Below the pieces are notes generated by a model, which saw nothing but the letters and a program-made list of their open reading frames with translations, made no database searches and had not been told where the DNA came from. Source: Narcine bancroftii (taxonomy: Eukaryota). Taken from it: a stretch of 64,000 nucleotides of DNA. Position 1 is the stretch's first letter, and the number at the start of each line of letters is the position of its first letter. A program made the position numbers and the translations under genes. Where the stretch lies: assembly GCF_036971445.1 (NCBI RefSeq), contig NC_091475.1:46624001-46688000 (forward strand), written 5' to 3'. This document shows, in pieces, positions 26,330 to 39,433 of the stretch.

Positions 26330-27843
26330 GAGATGACTAAAAAACCAGCAGTGGTAGAAATTCACCAAGACGATGGTTACTTAAAAATATTTTTCATTGT
26401 CTTCATACATAATAATATCAATATTTAACTTATTCTTTCTTTGGCTTGGCTTCGCGGACGAAGATTTATGGAGGGGTAATGTCCACGTCAGCTGCAGGCT
26501 CGTTTGTGGCTGACAAGTCCGATGCAGCGGTTGCAAGGGAAAATTGGTTGGTTGTGGTTGGATGTTGGGTTTTTCTTCCTTTCTTTGACAGTGAGGTGGG
26601 CACTGCGATCTTCTTCAAAGGAGGTTGCTGCCCGCTGAACTGTGAAGCGCCAAGATGCACGGTTTGAGGCGATATCAGCCCACTGGCGGTGGTCAACGTG
26701 GCAGGCACCAAGAGCTTTCTTTAGGCAGTCCTTGTACCTCTTCTTTGGTGCACCTCTGTCTCGGTGGCCAGTGGAGAGCTCGCCATATAACACGATCTTG
26801 GGAAGGCGATGGTCCTCCATTCTGGAGACGTGACCTACCCAGCGCAGTTGGATCTTCAGCAGCGTGGATTCGATGCTGTCGGCCTCTGCCATCTCGAGTA
26901 CTTCGATGTTGGTGATGAAGTCGCTCCAATGAATATTGAGGATTTTTTATTACTATTACTATCAACTTAGGCGCAACTGTATTTACTGTGTATGTGTTCA
27001 GGAAAGTTCATTGTTTCACTGTCCAGTCATGCACTTTTCAATTCTCCAAATTCACAGGAATCAGGCAATTTTCCATACTGTGCACGGAATGTAACATTAC
27101 GATCTTCACCAGGCCCTGATGCTTCAACTTTAATTGCTAGTCTTTGTTCATTGGAAACAAACCGATCTCCTTCAATCAGCCACTTCAGGGTCTTGCCAAA
27201 AAAAACTAGCCTCCTCATAAATTTTTCCAAAAGATAACCTTTTCTTTCTAGATAACACAAAGAGTTCTTTTCCCCTATTTCAGGAGAAATATATTAACCA
27301 GCCACAGCCTCTTGTAACTAACTACAAGGGTTTAGAATAGGCTAAACCTGGAACTCAAAACCCACCTTCAAATGGGGTCTTTACCAAGTCTCCCAATCTG
27401 CAGCCTTTAACCACAAAACTACTGCAGTAAACTGTCTCCTTTCTCCCAAAAAATGGCATGTTTTTTTCTCTGCAAAACCACATGACCCACTCTGAGAACA
27501 CCGGACTTCAACCAGAAATTTGGATCGCTGGTTCCAGTTTAGCAATAAAAGATTAATCAATTTCTGAGCCTGGACCTTTCTAAACATGCTGTTCCTTTAA
27601 AGACAATAGTCCATTTCAATTCTACAACATCAGTCCAATTAACACCAACTTGTGAAGTCTTCACAGGCACTCTTCATGGTTTCTGTAAAGTCGATGGCTG
27701 ACATGGAGTCTACACTTAGGCAAAGCTCTTGCATTTTAAATGAGATGTCTTTTGTGAAATGTTAATGTCTCTTGTAGAATGTAAACCAATACCTAAACCC
27801 CCACAATCTATCCTTACCCTTTAAGATGTATTTTATTCCATAA
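26330..27843 (-). mobile_element. Second copy of the putative LTR-like repeat, interrupted by an RTE
   Basis: Reverse-complement homology to 12934-14470. Confidence 0.55.
26432..26945 (-). mobile_element. 5'-truncated RTE-clade LINE
   Basis: LRWVGHVSRMEDHRLPKIVLYGELSTGHRDRGAPKKRYKDCLK; same family as the copies at 285 and 31243. Confidence 0.88.
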
Positions 27844-27844
27844 T

Positions 27845-28470
27845 TGTATTCATATTCAGGAATCTGATGGCTTTGGGAAAGAAGCTGTCCTTGTGCTGCT
27901 GAGTACTCGCTTTAGGCTCCTGTACCTTTCCCCCAATGGAAGCAGAGTGACGAGGCTGGTGGGGGTCTTTGAGGATAGAAGCTGCTTTTTTAAAGACACT
28001 GCCTCATGTAGGTGTCCTCGATGGAGTGAATTCTGGTGCCTATGATGTCGCTCGCCAAATGAACATGCTGGAGTCCTTTCTTGTCCTTACCGCACTTTTC
28101 TCGAGCACCAGTACAATAAGACGCCTGTTTGAAACAGATGGGTACCATGCACTACTGGAGTGAGATTTTCATGATACTGATGAATATATAGGTAATTGGT
28201 CAGCAGAATTATTTTAATACTCGGCCGGGTACTCCATCCAGACTGGATGATTTCCTCAGATTCACTCTCCTGAAGGCAGCCCGTGTGTCATCCTGGGATA
28301 CGAAGAGGAGATGATCATCAGGGGACATGGGAGGGCCCAGTGGTGGCTCTTCCTTGTTCTTATGGTTTAACCAGGCACAGAAGGCATTGAGTTCATCTGG
28401 AAGAGAAAATTTGCTGTCTCCTACTGCACCAGATTTAGGTTTGTAGCAATTATAATTGTTTGTCACAATT
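27845..28470 (-). mobile_element. Rex1/Babar-like LINE fragments
   Basis: SLPDELNAF..RAAFRRVN.RK.S.LDGVPGRVLK; 3' part similar to 54420-54650. Confidence 0.7.
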
Positions 28471-29104
28471 GTTGATACATACTCAACATTATTTTAAATA
28501 ATAACATGGGGCACTTGATAACAAATGACTTTCATGCAAATACTCTGGCTATTGCAGATAGAGATGTTAGGATAAACAAGGAAAACAAAAGATTAATATT
28601 GAACCACACTAGAGCAAGAAGTGGTGGCATTGGGATGATGGGCTTCCTCAGAACTGCAACTTGAAGTATGCTTGTTTTCTAATCTAATGAACATTCAATG
28701 TGCAAGATGGGTACATCCCTCCCTTATCCACCTATTACCTCCTGCCTTTGGGACTGTGCTCCTCCCCCTACCTCTCCCCACTACTCATTTGTTCAGGCAC
28801 CGGCCAACACACTTGCATACTCTTGCTCAAGCCCAAAATATTGGTTATGTATCTTTATCTTTGCTATATAAAGTACACTGTTTGACTTGCTGAGTTTCTC
28901 CAGCATTGTGTTTTTACTTGAATAGCAAGTGGATCAAAACTGATGAAATTCATTTCGTGCATCCCTTCACCTCAGGTGTATTTACAATTCCAAATGCAAA
29001 TGAGAATTTATTGTCACATACAGAATTAAAAATGCAAAGACACATCAAAATTCTTAATTGGTGCAGCCAAACAGGATTGCAAGACATACCAACTACAATA
29101 GTAT

Positions 29105-29305
29105 ACATTTAAATTTTAGAGTTACATCATGATAATAGGCCTTTCTGGCCCATGAGCCAAATACACCAATTAACCGACAAACTGTGTATGTCTTTGGAAC
29201 ATGGGAGAAAATGGAGCACCCACTGGAAACCTAAGCAGACATGGGGAGAACATATATACTCCTTTCAGAGGGTGCTAGATTTGAACATGGGTGCCTGATG
29301 CTGTA
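29105..29305 (-). mobile_element. HE1/V-SINE-like SINE
   Basis: Same core, more diverged. Confidence 0.7.
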
Positions 29306-29571
29306 ATAAATCTGTAATTTCAGATCTTCTTCAGTCACCAGGTAAATCCAGGACCTAATTCAGCTTTAAGTAGGCTTCAGCATCTACTTTTCAGGCTAAA
29401 AGTTTGTCATAAAACAAATTGGGGTAACTTTTCTGGTAACAACAAGAGTGCAGATCATTCTTAATGCTTAGCTTCTCACTTTTGTGCTAAAAAAATGGTC
29501 TCCATCCCACCCCCAACCAGTAATCCTACCCACAGTGACTAAATCTTAAGATCTACCTCTCAGAGATCTCA

Positions 29572-29862
<291 letters not shown>

Positions 29863-30329
29863 TCAAGAATAGGTTCAACGGGTTCAAAGATAATCAAGGC
29901 TAGACACACATTATGAAATTTATTTACACACAATGGAATCCACAAAAAGGGCACACACTGACAGACTAAAAGACACAGTATACCAAGAAATGAGGGTTTA
30001 ACTTGTTCAGCACCCACCATTCAAAGGCACAGTATACCATATAACTAAACGAGTACAGAAACTAAACCTGATCTCCAGTGCCACCACTGCATGGGATCCT
30101 GGATAGGCCTATTGCAGTTGGCCCTTCGAAGCTGCCTGTGACTTGTAGCCTGGAGTTCAGCAATGGTTACAACTAACGAATACATACACAGCAAGGGTTT
30201 TGCAAAGTTATTTTCATTCATGTTTATATTTTCTATATTACAATGTGGTTACAAGGAGGAGGATCTTAAAATGGGACAAGCATAGCCGGAGGATTTCTTA
30301 TAGTATTAATATTAATTAAGACCCATAAT

Positions 30330-32660
30330 TAGCCCAATTATAATTATTTCTTGGAATATTAAAGGTATGAATGGTCAAATTAAAAGAGGTAGGACATTTT
30401 CCCATGTTAAACACCTGAAGTCAGATATTGTCTTTCTTAAGAAACCCATATTAAGAACTCTGATAAGGGGGCTTTTATCGAAATGGAAAGGGCAACATTT
30501 TCATTCTTATCCTAATGCTATGATTAGGGGATTTTCAATTTTAATTAATCAAAACATTCAATTTGTATTACATGTTATCTGACAAACAAGGTTGCTATAT
30601 TGTTCTTAGTGGCAAATTTTATAATAAAAAGTTGTTTTTGCTAAACACCGATGGACTGGAATTTTTTTTGTGATATTTTTCAGCTTTACCTTATTTAAGT
30701 CTTTTCTCATTATTAGCTTAATATTGTTCTAGATAGTTCTTCTTCTAAACCCATGGTTCTAAATAAATCTGCAACAGTAATTCATTCCTTTTTAAACAAA
30801 TTATGGTATCTCAGATGTTTGGGATATTCTAAATCCCAATAGCGGAGAATACTCTTTTTTTCCTCAAATGTGCACTGTTCTTACTCCCGTAGAGATTTTA
30901 AAAAAATAATCAATTGATTTCATTGACTAAATCATGTGAATATCAAGGAGTTATTTCTGATCATGCTCCTGTCATTTTATCTTTGAATTTTTTTGACACT
31001 CCTCTCACAAGAAGGCACTGGCATTTTAATTCTACTTTCCGATAATGATTTTCTGAATTTTATGGAAGAGCAAATTCAGTTTTTTTTAACTAAAAAATTC
31101 TTCCCTAACAGCTTCTAATTTGATTGTTTGGGATACTATGAAAGCATATCTTAGAGGGCAAATTATTTCATACACAGCTGGGGTTAAAAAAAGAGGGCTA
31201 ATGAGGAAAGATTAGATTTGGTCAATCTGATGGTCAAAGATTCTTCTTCTTTGGCTTGGCTTCGTGGATGAAGATTTATGGAGGGGTAATGCAGCTGCAG
31301 GCTCGTTTGTGGCTGACAAGTCCGATGCGGGACAGGCAGACACGGTTGCAAGGGAAAATTGGTTGGTTGGGGTTGGGTTTTTCCTCCTTTGTCTTTTGAC
31401 AGTGAGGTGGGGTCTGCAGTCTTCTTCAAAGGAGGTTGCTGCCCGCCGAACTGTGAGGCGCCAAGATGCACGGTTTGAGGCGATATTAGCCCACTGGCGA
31501 TGGTCAATGTGGCAGGCACCAAGAGATTTCTTTAGGCAGTCCTTGTACCTCTTCTTTGGTGCACCTGTCTCGGTGGCCAGTGGAGAGCTCGCCATATAAC
31601 ACGATCTTGGGAAGGCGATGGTCCTCCATTCTGGAGACGTGACCTACCCAGCGCAGTTTGATCTTCAGCAGCGTGGATTCGATGGTGTCGGCCTCTGCTA
31701 TCTCGAGTACTTCGATGTTGGAGATGAAGTCACTCCAATGAATGTTGAGGATGGAACGGAGACAACGCTGGTGGAAGCGTTCTAGGAGCCATAGGTGATG
31801 CCGGTAAAGGACCCATGATTCGGAGCCAAACAGGAGTGTTTGAATTGAGTGGTCAAACATTAGGCACAAGTTAAAAGTCCTGATTTGTATAGAAGTTGAA
31901 CAGCAACTTTTGAGGAGTAGGTGTCAGTTCTACATTCATGGAGAAAAATCTGGTAACATTTTGGCAAGCCAATTGAAAAGAATGGTCACTAACAAACAAA
32001 TTAATAAAATAACGATGGAAGGTGGTATAGACACACTGACCATTTTAAAGCAAATGATACGTTTAGAGAATTTTATTCTAGATCGTACACCTATGAATCC
32101 AATAATGTTAACACTTCAATGTTGGATTTTCTGGACCATCTTAATTCACCTTCGCTTTCACAGTATTAGCTTGGAGACACCCATTTCTCAACAGGATTTT
32201 TTTTTTTTTTTTTGCAATTTCTTCTTTACAATCAGGTAAATCTCCCAAGTCCTGATGGATACCCCATGGAATTTTATAAATCCTTTTCTAAATTACTAGT
32301 GCCTCAATTAAGTTCTGTATTTAATGATTAATTTAAACAAGGGAATTTTCCTTCATCTTTTTGTGATGCTTGTATCTCTCATTCTGAAAAAGGGGAAGAG
32401 CCCACTTGATTGTGCTTTTTATAGGCCCATTTCTTTAATTAACGTAGATATGAAGATTTTATCCTAAATATTTGCCCATAGACTGGAGAATATTTTCCCT
32501 TCAATAATTTCTGAAGACAAAACTGCTATATTTATTTTGATAAACATTGTTCATTGAATATTTTATATTTACCTCACACTCCTGACCTTGAATGTGTTAT
32601 TTCTCTGGATGCAGAGGCTTTTGATCAGATAGAGTGGGGTTATATGCTTGCTACTTTGGA
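30330..32660 (+). mobile_element. Degraded L1/Tx1-like LINE ORF2 (APE endonuclease to RT)
   Basis: ISWNIKGMNGQIKR..DIVFL, SDHAPV, WDTMKAYLRGQIISY, FYIHGEKSG, PDGYPMEFYK and YRPISLINVD fragments. Confidence 0.8.
31243..31849 (-). mobile_element. 5'-truncated RTE-clade LINE nested in an L1-like element
   Basis: Same RTE C-terminal motifs; TSD TGGTCAAAGATT (31231-31242) / TGGTCAAACATT (31850-31861). Confidence 0.9.
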
Positions 32661-33346
32661 AAAATTTTACATCAGGCCTTGTTTTGTTAAATGAGTCGCG
32701 GGCGAGGGGGAGGGCGGGCGAGATTAAAAGTGACAGTGAGCCAGAGAACAAATGTGCTTGACTTTCTTCAATGCAGGATTTGTCCAACTAACCTGTGAGG
32801 ACCCATTAGCCTCACTTGTGGGTAGATCTAACCACTGATTGGCACCTGGATGACCAATCAACCATTAGCTGCGGGGCCAATCATGCATGAGCCTCACAAG
32901 TGGGAAGATGTAACCCTTGATTGGCAGGTGAGGTGAGAGGCCATATGACCCACCTGCAATTCAGATTCTCATCAGGTTCCAGATGGACAGTCCATATGGC
33001 TCTCCACAATATATCAATTCACTGCTCAATTTCTAACCGGTGCACTTTTACTCCTTCAGTTACAAGCATTCACAAGGATAGAAATCCTTGTAATTAAAAA
33101 GCAGACACTTGGGTCACAAACTATGCCAGGAACTTGACCAAAACATCTCACCTTGCTGCAATGTCAGGAAACTGGCACAGATTCTTGCCCACTGCTTTTA
33201 CCCCCTTTACCAATGAATAGTTCAGAGGAGAGAGCTCGTGAGGGCTAGTTTAAGCAAATGGTGCTGCTGCTCAGTGCTGAGGTGTGACTCAGCAATGCAT
33301 TCTGGCTGGCACATCAAGTGAAAGCCATAGCTGGGGATGGCAAAGA

Positions 33347-33837
33347 TGTTATGCTTGTTCTTTCAAGATTGGCTTTACATCGGTTTAACACTTAACCCAC
33401 TTTATCTTCCTTGAGCTGCTTCAACCGGCTTCCCACCAATTTCCTACCAACTCCAGTCATGTGCCCAACCGTGTGCATTGTATGCTGGGAAATGTAGCTC
33501 TTATTTCCACCCCTAATAACACATCTTTCCCCTTTAAGAAACAAACACAATACTATATCGACATAAAAAAAGTATCTACATCCTGTGAGCAGTTGCATCA
33601 GATGACTTTTGGCTTCACAAAGTTGTTCAAGTTTATTCAGGAGATCTGCAAGATTCAGCTAAAGTTCAGAAATCCGTGAAGAGGTTTTTCCTGCTCTTCC
33701 TTTTTCTGTTGATCAGCAAGTTCACTAACAGTCACCAGTTGTCTGTTGGAAGTCGGATGAAGCAGCTCAAGGAAAATAAAGTTGGTTAAGTGTTAAGACC
33801 ATGTAAAGTCATTCTTCTTGAAGGAATAAGCATAACA
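33347..33837. repeat. Inverted repeat with ~90-bp arms in PRPS2 intron 1 (probable old foldback/MITE)
   Basis: 33347-33437 is the imperfect reverse complement of 33745-33837. Confidence 0.8.
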
Positions 33838-36209
33838 CGTGTTGTAAAATCCTAAAGTCTCTTCTATCACCTCGTGTTGCATGTGAGTGAAAGCTGCTTT
33901 TGAGTATGACCAAAGGCAAATTAGGCCAAAGAGAGTTGTGCAGTCAAACACAGGAAGACAGCAGGTTCCATCATATCCAACACATGGGGAGACTGTAAAA
34001 TCTGGTTGGTCTATTTACACAGAGCCCATTGGCATATCCCCAACAATAGCTTACACTCACTGTTGGCAGGGCTTAGCTCAGAGACCCATATCTCAGCAAT
34101 GAGTAGTCACTGAGCTAGACTTGCCCAATAGCAACCCTTATACGCAGCCTCACCACACCAAGTCAAGGGGCAATTGAATGCTGCGCACATACCAGATTCT
34201 TACCAGCATAACACAAAGGGAAGGGGTTCACTCCAGATTCCAGTTCAGAAGCATTGTCAGTAACACAGCTCTAAATAAAGTTTTAAGTACCCCTTTCAAT
34301 GCAATAAGTATTATTATTGTTGGGGACCCATCCCCTACACATAGAAAATACCGTATTAATTATTGTTAATCTTGAAATGCTTAGTCCTAGACCTCAAATT
34401 TTAAAACTTTGACAATCCGGATGCAAATTAGTAATCTTATCAATGGCTGAATTGGCCAAACGTATCAGACTCTTGAACAGATGTCCAATATGCAAACTTG
34501 TTCTCATAAATTTCCTTCGCCTGGACCTTGCATTGTTTTAACTGCACTTTTTCTCCCAAAACACTGCTCTTTTATTTTGCACTACCTGTTGTAATTTTTG
34601 AGATGATTTGCCCAGATAATACACAGAATAGTTTTCCCACTGTATATTGCTATATGTGACAATAAATTAACAATATTCTGTGGACAATTTTGAGTGCAAC
34701 TATGCATCAGTGCTGAAATCACAGAAAAATATTGACTAACCAAAAGAGTACCCTAAAACACTGTTTAATCCCTATTGAATTGAGTATACCAGTTTCAACA
34801 CTTGGAAAGAAATTGACCCTGGTGCCTGTTTGGTCCTTAAGTTAGTTTACAGGTGATCTTTAACCTCAGCATTATTTTCTATTGTTAATCCACATCTCAC
34901 ACACAAAGGTAGGATCAGGCTTATCTGTGCTGCTTGGATGGTGTATACATTCTAAAACTTCGTCTTTTTTTTAAAAAATATATACACATGCATGTGCAGT
35001 GCAGCCATAGAGAACAATATCTTAAGGAGAGCCAAGACTCACAGTCCAGCAAACCCATCAATCATTTGTTGCTAGAAAACTTATATCCTCTGATGCCTTC
35101 AAGAATATTCAAATTTTTATAATAACTACATTTTGCTAAATCATTTGATAAATACGCTCCTTCCACAACTCTGCCTTTTCTGTGTTGCCAAATGCAAGAA
35201 GGTTCAAACCTTTGAATTACACACCATGTACTGTTTATTTAACCATCAATGCCCTTAAATGATCCTCATGTTATGGTGAGTGGGGTTTATATGCAGAATA
35301 CCACTGGTCACACCACTCCACCACAAGCCTGCATCTTCTACAGCCAAGCCAATTTAGAATTCAATCTTCCAAGTCTCCATGAATCTCTTGTTCCTTGATC
35401 TTCCAATTCTGAGAAACCTTATCAGTTGCTATACAGTTATGTTATCTTCAGTACACAATTGGATTACACAATCCAGCACAATTTACCACTCTATAATGAA
35501 GCACTGTGTTGTTTTGGACCGTAACTGTGCAGTGAATTACAGGAAGATTTGCCTGTATTACTCCACATTGTTAATGCATTCGACATCTAAAGGTGTCAAA
35601 ACCTCCTTGTAAAAGTGCAAAATTCTCATCCACCAGTGAAAGCCCTGAGAACCTCTAGTCTTTTTCAGGAGTACACAAATCAGGCTAAAATAGTGGAAGG
35701 AGTGCACTTGCCGCAATTCTATCCAAACAGCCACTTTATGTCATATTACCTCCTTATCGCAGAGGCGAGCCTACAGGCCCCATACTGTCCTCACTCACGT
35801 CAACTTGAGAGGACACGATCCTCCAATAATTTTCAAGCAGTTTTCTTGAAAAACACATCACAAGTTTTAAATTGGAGCTTTTGGCATCAGATTCTTACTG
35901 GCATTTTTTTTCATGGCCAGAAATTTCAATTATGTCAGAACTTGCTTCTAAAGACAGAAAATTCAGCAATTTCCACGCTTGGACTAAATTCATGAACCTA
36001 ATCCCAGAATCACAAAAAGGTACCACACAGAAACAGATATTTTTGGCCCACCCCCATCAAAGATGATCTCATTTGCCCAAAACATACCCTTACCCAAAGA
36101 TGTAAAAATGCTGCAAGTAAATTAGTATATGAACTTGCTACTATGAATGGATTCTTAAAGGTATTATTAAACTGCCCACTGAAGAGTTTTCTAAAAGATA
36201 ACCTCCACA

Positions 36210-36832
36210 CTATTTTACAGGTAGATGCAAACTTCAACAATATTAAATAAAATAACAGAAAACAATATACCAAAGCATCCAGAGATCTTTCTCCTAAGTA
36301 ACATAACAAACAAAGAATTTGGAATTGATTTGGAGGATGCACAAAAAAGATTTGTTAAGATAGCCCTAGCCGTAGCAAAAAAATGTATTATGTCAACCTG
36401 GAAATTGGAAGATAATTTGAAAATACAACTATGGTATATAGAAATGAATAAATGTATTCCATTAGAAAAAATAACATAGTTTAAGAAATAATATTGAAAT
36501 ATTCGAACAAGTATGGGAGCCTTACATTAAATACAATAGCGAAAACCTACCGGGGACAAACATTACCTAAGTTGATGGAAGGAGAAGGAAAGAAAAGAAT
36601 GGACTCAGCAGAATTTCTGGTGTATTTTTGTTGAATGACAACATTGTCTGACTGGCTTAATGCAACCTAGATTGTATACCTAAAATGGATGAGAGGGGGG
36701 GGTGGGGGGGGTGGCTTGGGAGGAGGGAGGGGGGGGGGGGAGAAAATGTCACTGTATATGTGTGAAAAAGAAAAAGTGTATACCATGGCTAATGTGATTT
36801 ATGGTGTGAAAAATTAAAAATTAAAAAAAAAA
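36210..36832 (+). mobile_element. L1-like LINE 3' end with poly(A) tail
   Basis: ALAVAKKCIMSTWK..WYIEMNKCIPLEKIT; G-rich 3'UTR; A-rich tail. Confidence 0.8.
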
Positions 36833-36927
36833 ACAAGATGAAATACCAGTCAAGCTTTGAAAACCTATTCCACAAATAAACAAACTGGTGGTAGATTCAA
36901 ATTTCAGATGAATATTTGGTGATAAAA

Positions 36928-37157
36928 AGGGCAGCACTGTTAGCGCAAAGCTGTTACTGCCCAGCAACCTGGCTTCTGTCTGTAAGGAGTTTGTACATTC
37001 TCCCAGTGTCTTTGTGGGTTTTCCCCAGATGCTCTGGTTTCCTCCTACCCTTCAAAACATATGGGGTTGTCAGTTAATTGAATGCAATTGGGCAGCACGG
37101 TCTCGTGGCCCGGAAAGTTGCATTACTGTGCTGTATGTCTAATCTATAAATTTAAAT
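36928..37157 (+). mobile_element. HE1/V-SINE-like SINE
   Basis: Same core and tail. Confidence 0.8.
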
Positions 37158-38379
37158 AAAGCTATTTGACAGGTTGAGGAAAAAATAACACACTGACAAA
37201 ACTTTAACTACTATATTTCAGAGTTGTATAGCAAGTACTGTATATTTGCATTTTTTTAAAGATAGTTCTTAAATTATAAAGAAAATCTGCAGTTACATTT
37301 CAGCATTCTGAAACGCACTTCATTGCCACCATATTACAGAATCGCATGGAATAATGAAATGGCAGCCACTCACAGGGTGATAAGTGGCACCTAGGCAAAA
37401 TCTCAAAATGAGCAAAATCATATCAAAACAGCTGATTTGATTTTTAGTCTTTCTGAGGAGAAAATGCTGGCTACATTTGAACGAAAGCATCATCCCCTCC
37501 TCCCACCTGGAGCTGCACAAAAATGTTCCAACTTGGTCGACTAAAGAATTTAGATGGATCTCAAGCTCTATTTTTAGACTTTTGGATTCTTAACAAATGA
37601 GCCTGGCTTAAATAGGCATTTTGTTACTTGCTTTGAAGGTAACCAACCAAAAAATGCACCGGGCAGTAAAAGGGATTATTTCAAAGTGGAGGAAAATCAG
37701 TAACAGATCCAATTTTCATGAGAAAAACACATGGTGGAGGAATTTTGCACAGAAGGCAAAAGATAGATGACATTTCAAACTGAAACCCTTCATCAAGAAT
37801 AGCAAGAAATGGGCAAAAGAGACACCTGAATAAAAAAGATGGGAAAAGGGACAGATTGGCAGGTGATTGCGGAGTACAGGACTCCCCAGCTTCCCCCCCC
37901 CCACCCACCCTGTCGTCTTCACCTATCGACCAACAACTCCCAGCTCCTTCTCATGAACCCCACCCTCTAGCTAAACGCCAACCATCTTTTAGCCTTCCTT
38001 GGATGCTGCCCTAATCGGCTGAATTCTTCCAAGATTTTGTGTTTCTCCAGTTTCCCAGCATCTGCAGTCTCTCCAGTCGACTTCCAATTCCAAGATGCTG
38101 CTGGAGAACATTCCCTCAGTAACTGGGAATTTCCTTCAAAAAGAGAAGCTTGCAAAACTCTTTGGTTTCAAGACTTGATGGGATGGAGATACAGGAGACA
38201 AATGTGCTACAGCTGGTCCAATATTGGGGAGGGGGGGGGGAGGGAAATGCCCCCTCTCGGATTTCACAAATAACCTGCCAAAAAGATATTAAAGCGCATT
38301 GACGGAACTGGGGTTTTTAAAAATTAAAGGCTTTCAAGCTCCTATTTATTGCTGCCTATGGAGATGTTGGGAGGCAGCA

Positions 38380-38810
38380 GCAACCACGTGAACGCACAGC
38401 ATCTCCGGGCCCGCGTTCCCTTCCACCCCCGCGCGCTCATCCCGAGGCCCCTCCCCCTCCTTCCACCGCCGCGCGCACTTGTCCCGGGACCCCTCCTCAC
38501 CAGGTCTCTTGGTTGCTGAATTTTTTGGTCACCACTTTGCCCAGCTCCAGCCCGAGCCTGTCCGCCACCCTCTGCGAGAGCTCCTGGTGCGAGCTGCCGC
38601 TGAACAGCACGATATTTGGCATGGCGGCGACTGAAACCCCCCCTAAAGCTCAGCACCCACTGCCCACCATGTCCTTCCCACCGGACTCAAGGCCCGCCTC
38701 TGCCCTGCCCTGGCCAGAGCCGGGGCCCAATCACAAAGCAGTTCCAACCTCCTGTCCAGTCACGTGAGGCGCCATGATCCTGTCAATCAGTGAAGATCCC
38801 GCCCCTGCTT
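38380..38810 (-). promoter_or_regulatory. CpG-rich promoter/first-exon region of PRPS2 with E-boxes, GC boxes and CCAAT
   Basis: GC/CpG-rich patch spanning exon 1; CACGTG at 38761-38766 and 38385-38390; GC-box-like CCCGCC near 38693 and 38798; CCAAT near 38727; no obvious TATA. TSS not determined. Confidence 0.7.
38501..38622 (-). CDS. PRPS2: PRPS2-type ribose-phosphate pyrophosphokinase, coding exon 1 (122 nt)
   Basis: GCCGCCATG Kozak context; translates [40 protein letters not shown]; donor GTGAGG at 38500. NIVLF and QRVAD match PRPS2 rather than PRPS1 (NIKIF, QKIAD). Confidence 0.96.
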
Positions 38811-39192
38811 GCAACCTGGCTGACATCTCCTCCCCACAGCTGTCAATCAATTAAGAGCCCATGCTCCAACCAGCCCAACATGTCAATGAGAAAAGATTCA
38901 TTTCCCCGACCCTCTTCTTCCTGTCATTCTGCCATGCTTCCCTTCACACCTTTTCTTAGGCATTGCAGCTTATCGTATTCCATCTCCTCTGTCAACCAGG
39001 AATCATCTTTGCTTCTCATCTTTAGCTGTGACTTGCAGCAGCCATTCTCAGCCTTCTTTTTGTTGATGAACCCCTTAAGATTCTGCTCAAAATTTATGGG
39101 CTTCCTTACCTGTGAAGTAGTTAATTGTAGTTGGTTTCTTCCACACTTCTCTCCTGCAGACAACATAAAAGATAATTATGTCACATGACATG

Positions 39193-39433
39193 TGTAGTGC
39201 ACATCGAAAGAATCAAAGGCTTGTTGATCCAAACCAAGGCTTTTAATAACTGGAAGACTGGAGGATATCACATGTAGGTCAACCAGTCCAGAATGACCTA
39301 GTCTGGCTTGGAGCAACCCTTTAAGACCTGCCAGTAGGTGTGGCTACACTCTCAGCCAATCACAGTCATCCTACACTACCATCTGTACATATGTACATAT
39401 ATACACATTGGTGATAGAATTTGTACTCTCACA
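39193..39433 (-). repeat. 3' LTR of the Gypsy element
   Basis: TGT...ACA termini; about 21 substitutions plus a small indel versus the other LTR over ~225 aligned nt (hand count). Confidence 0.92.
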
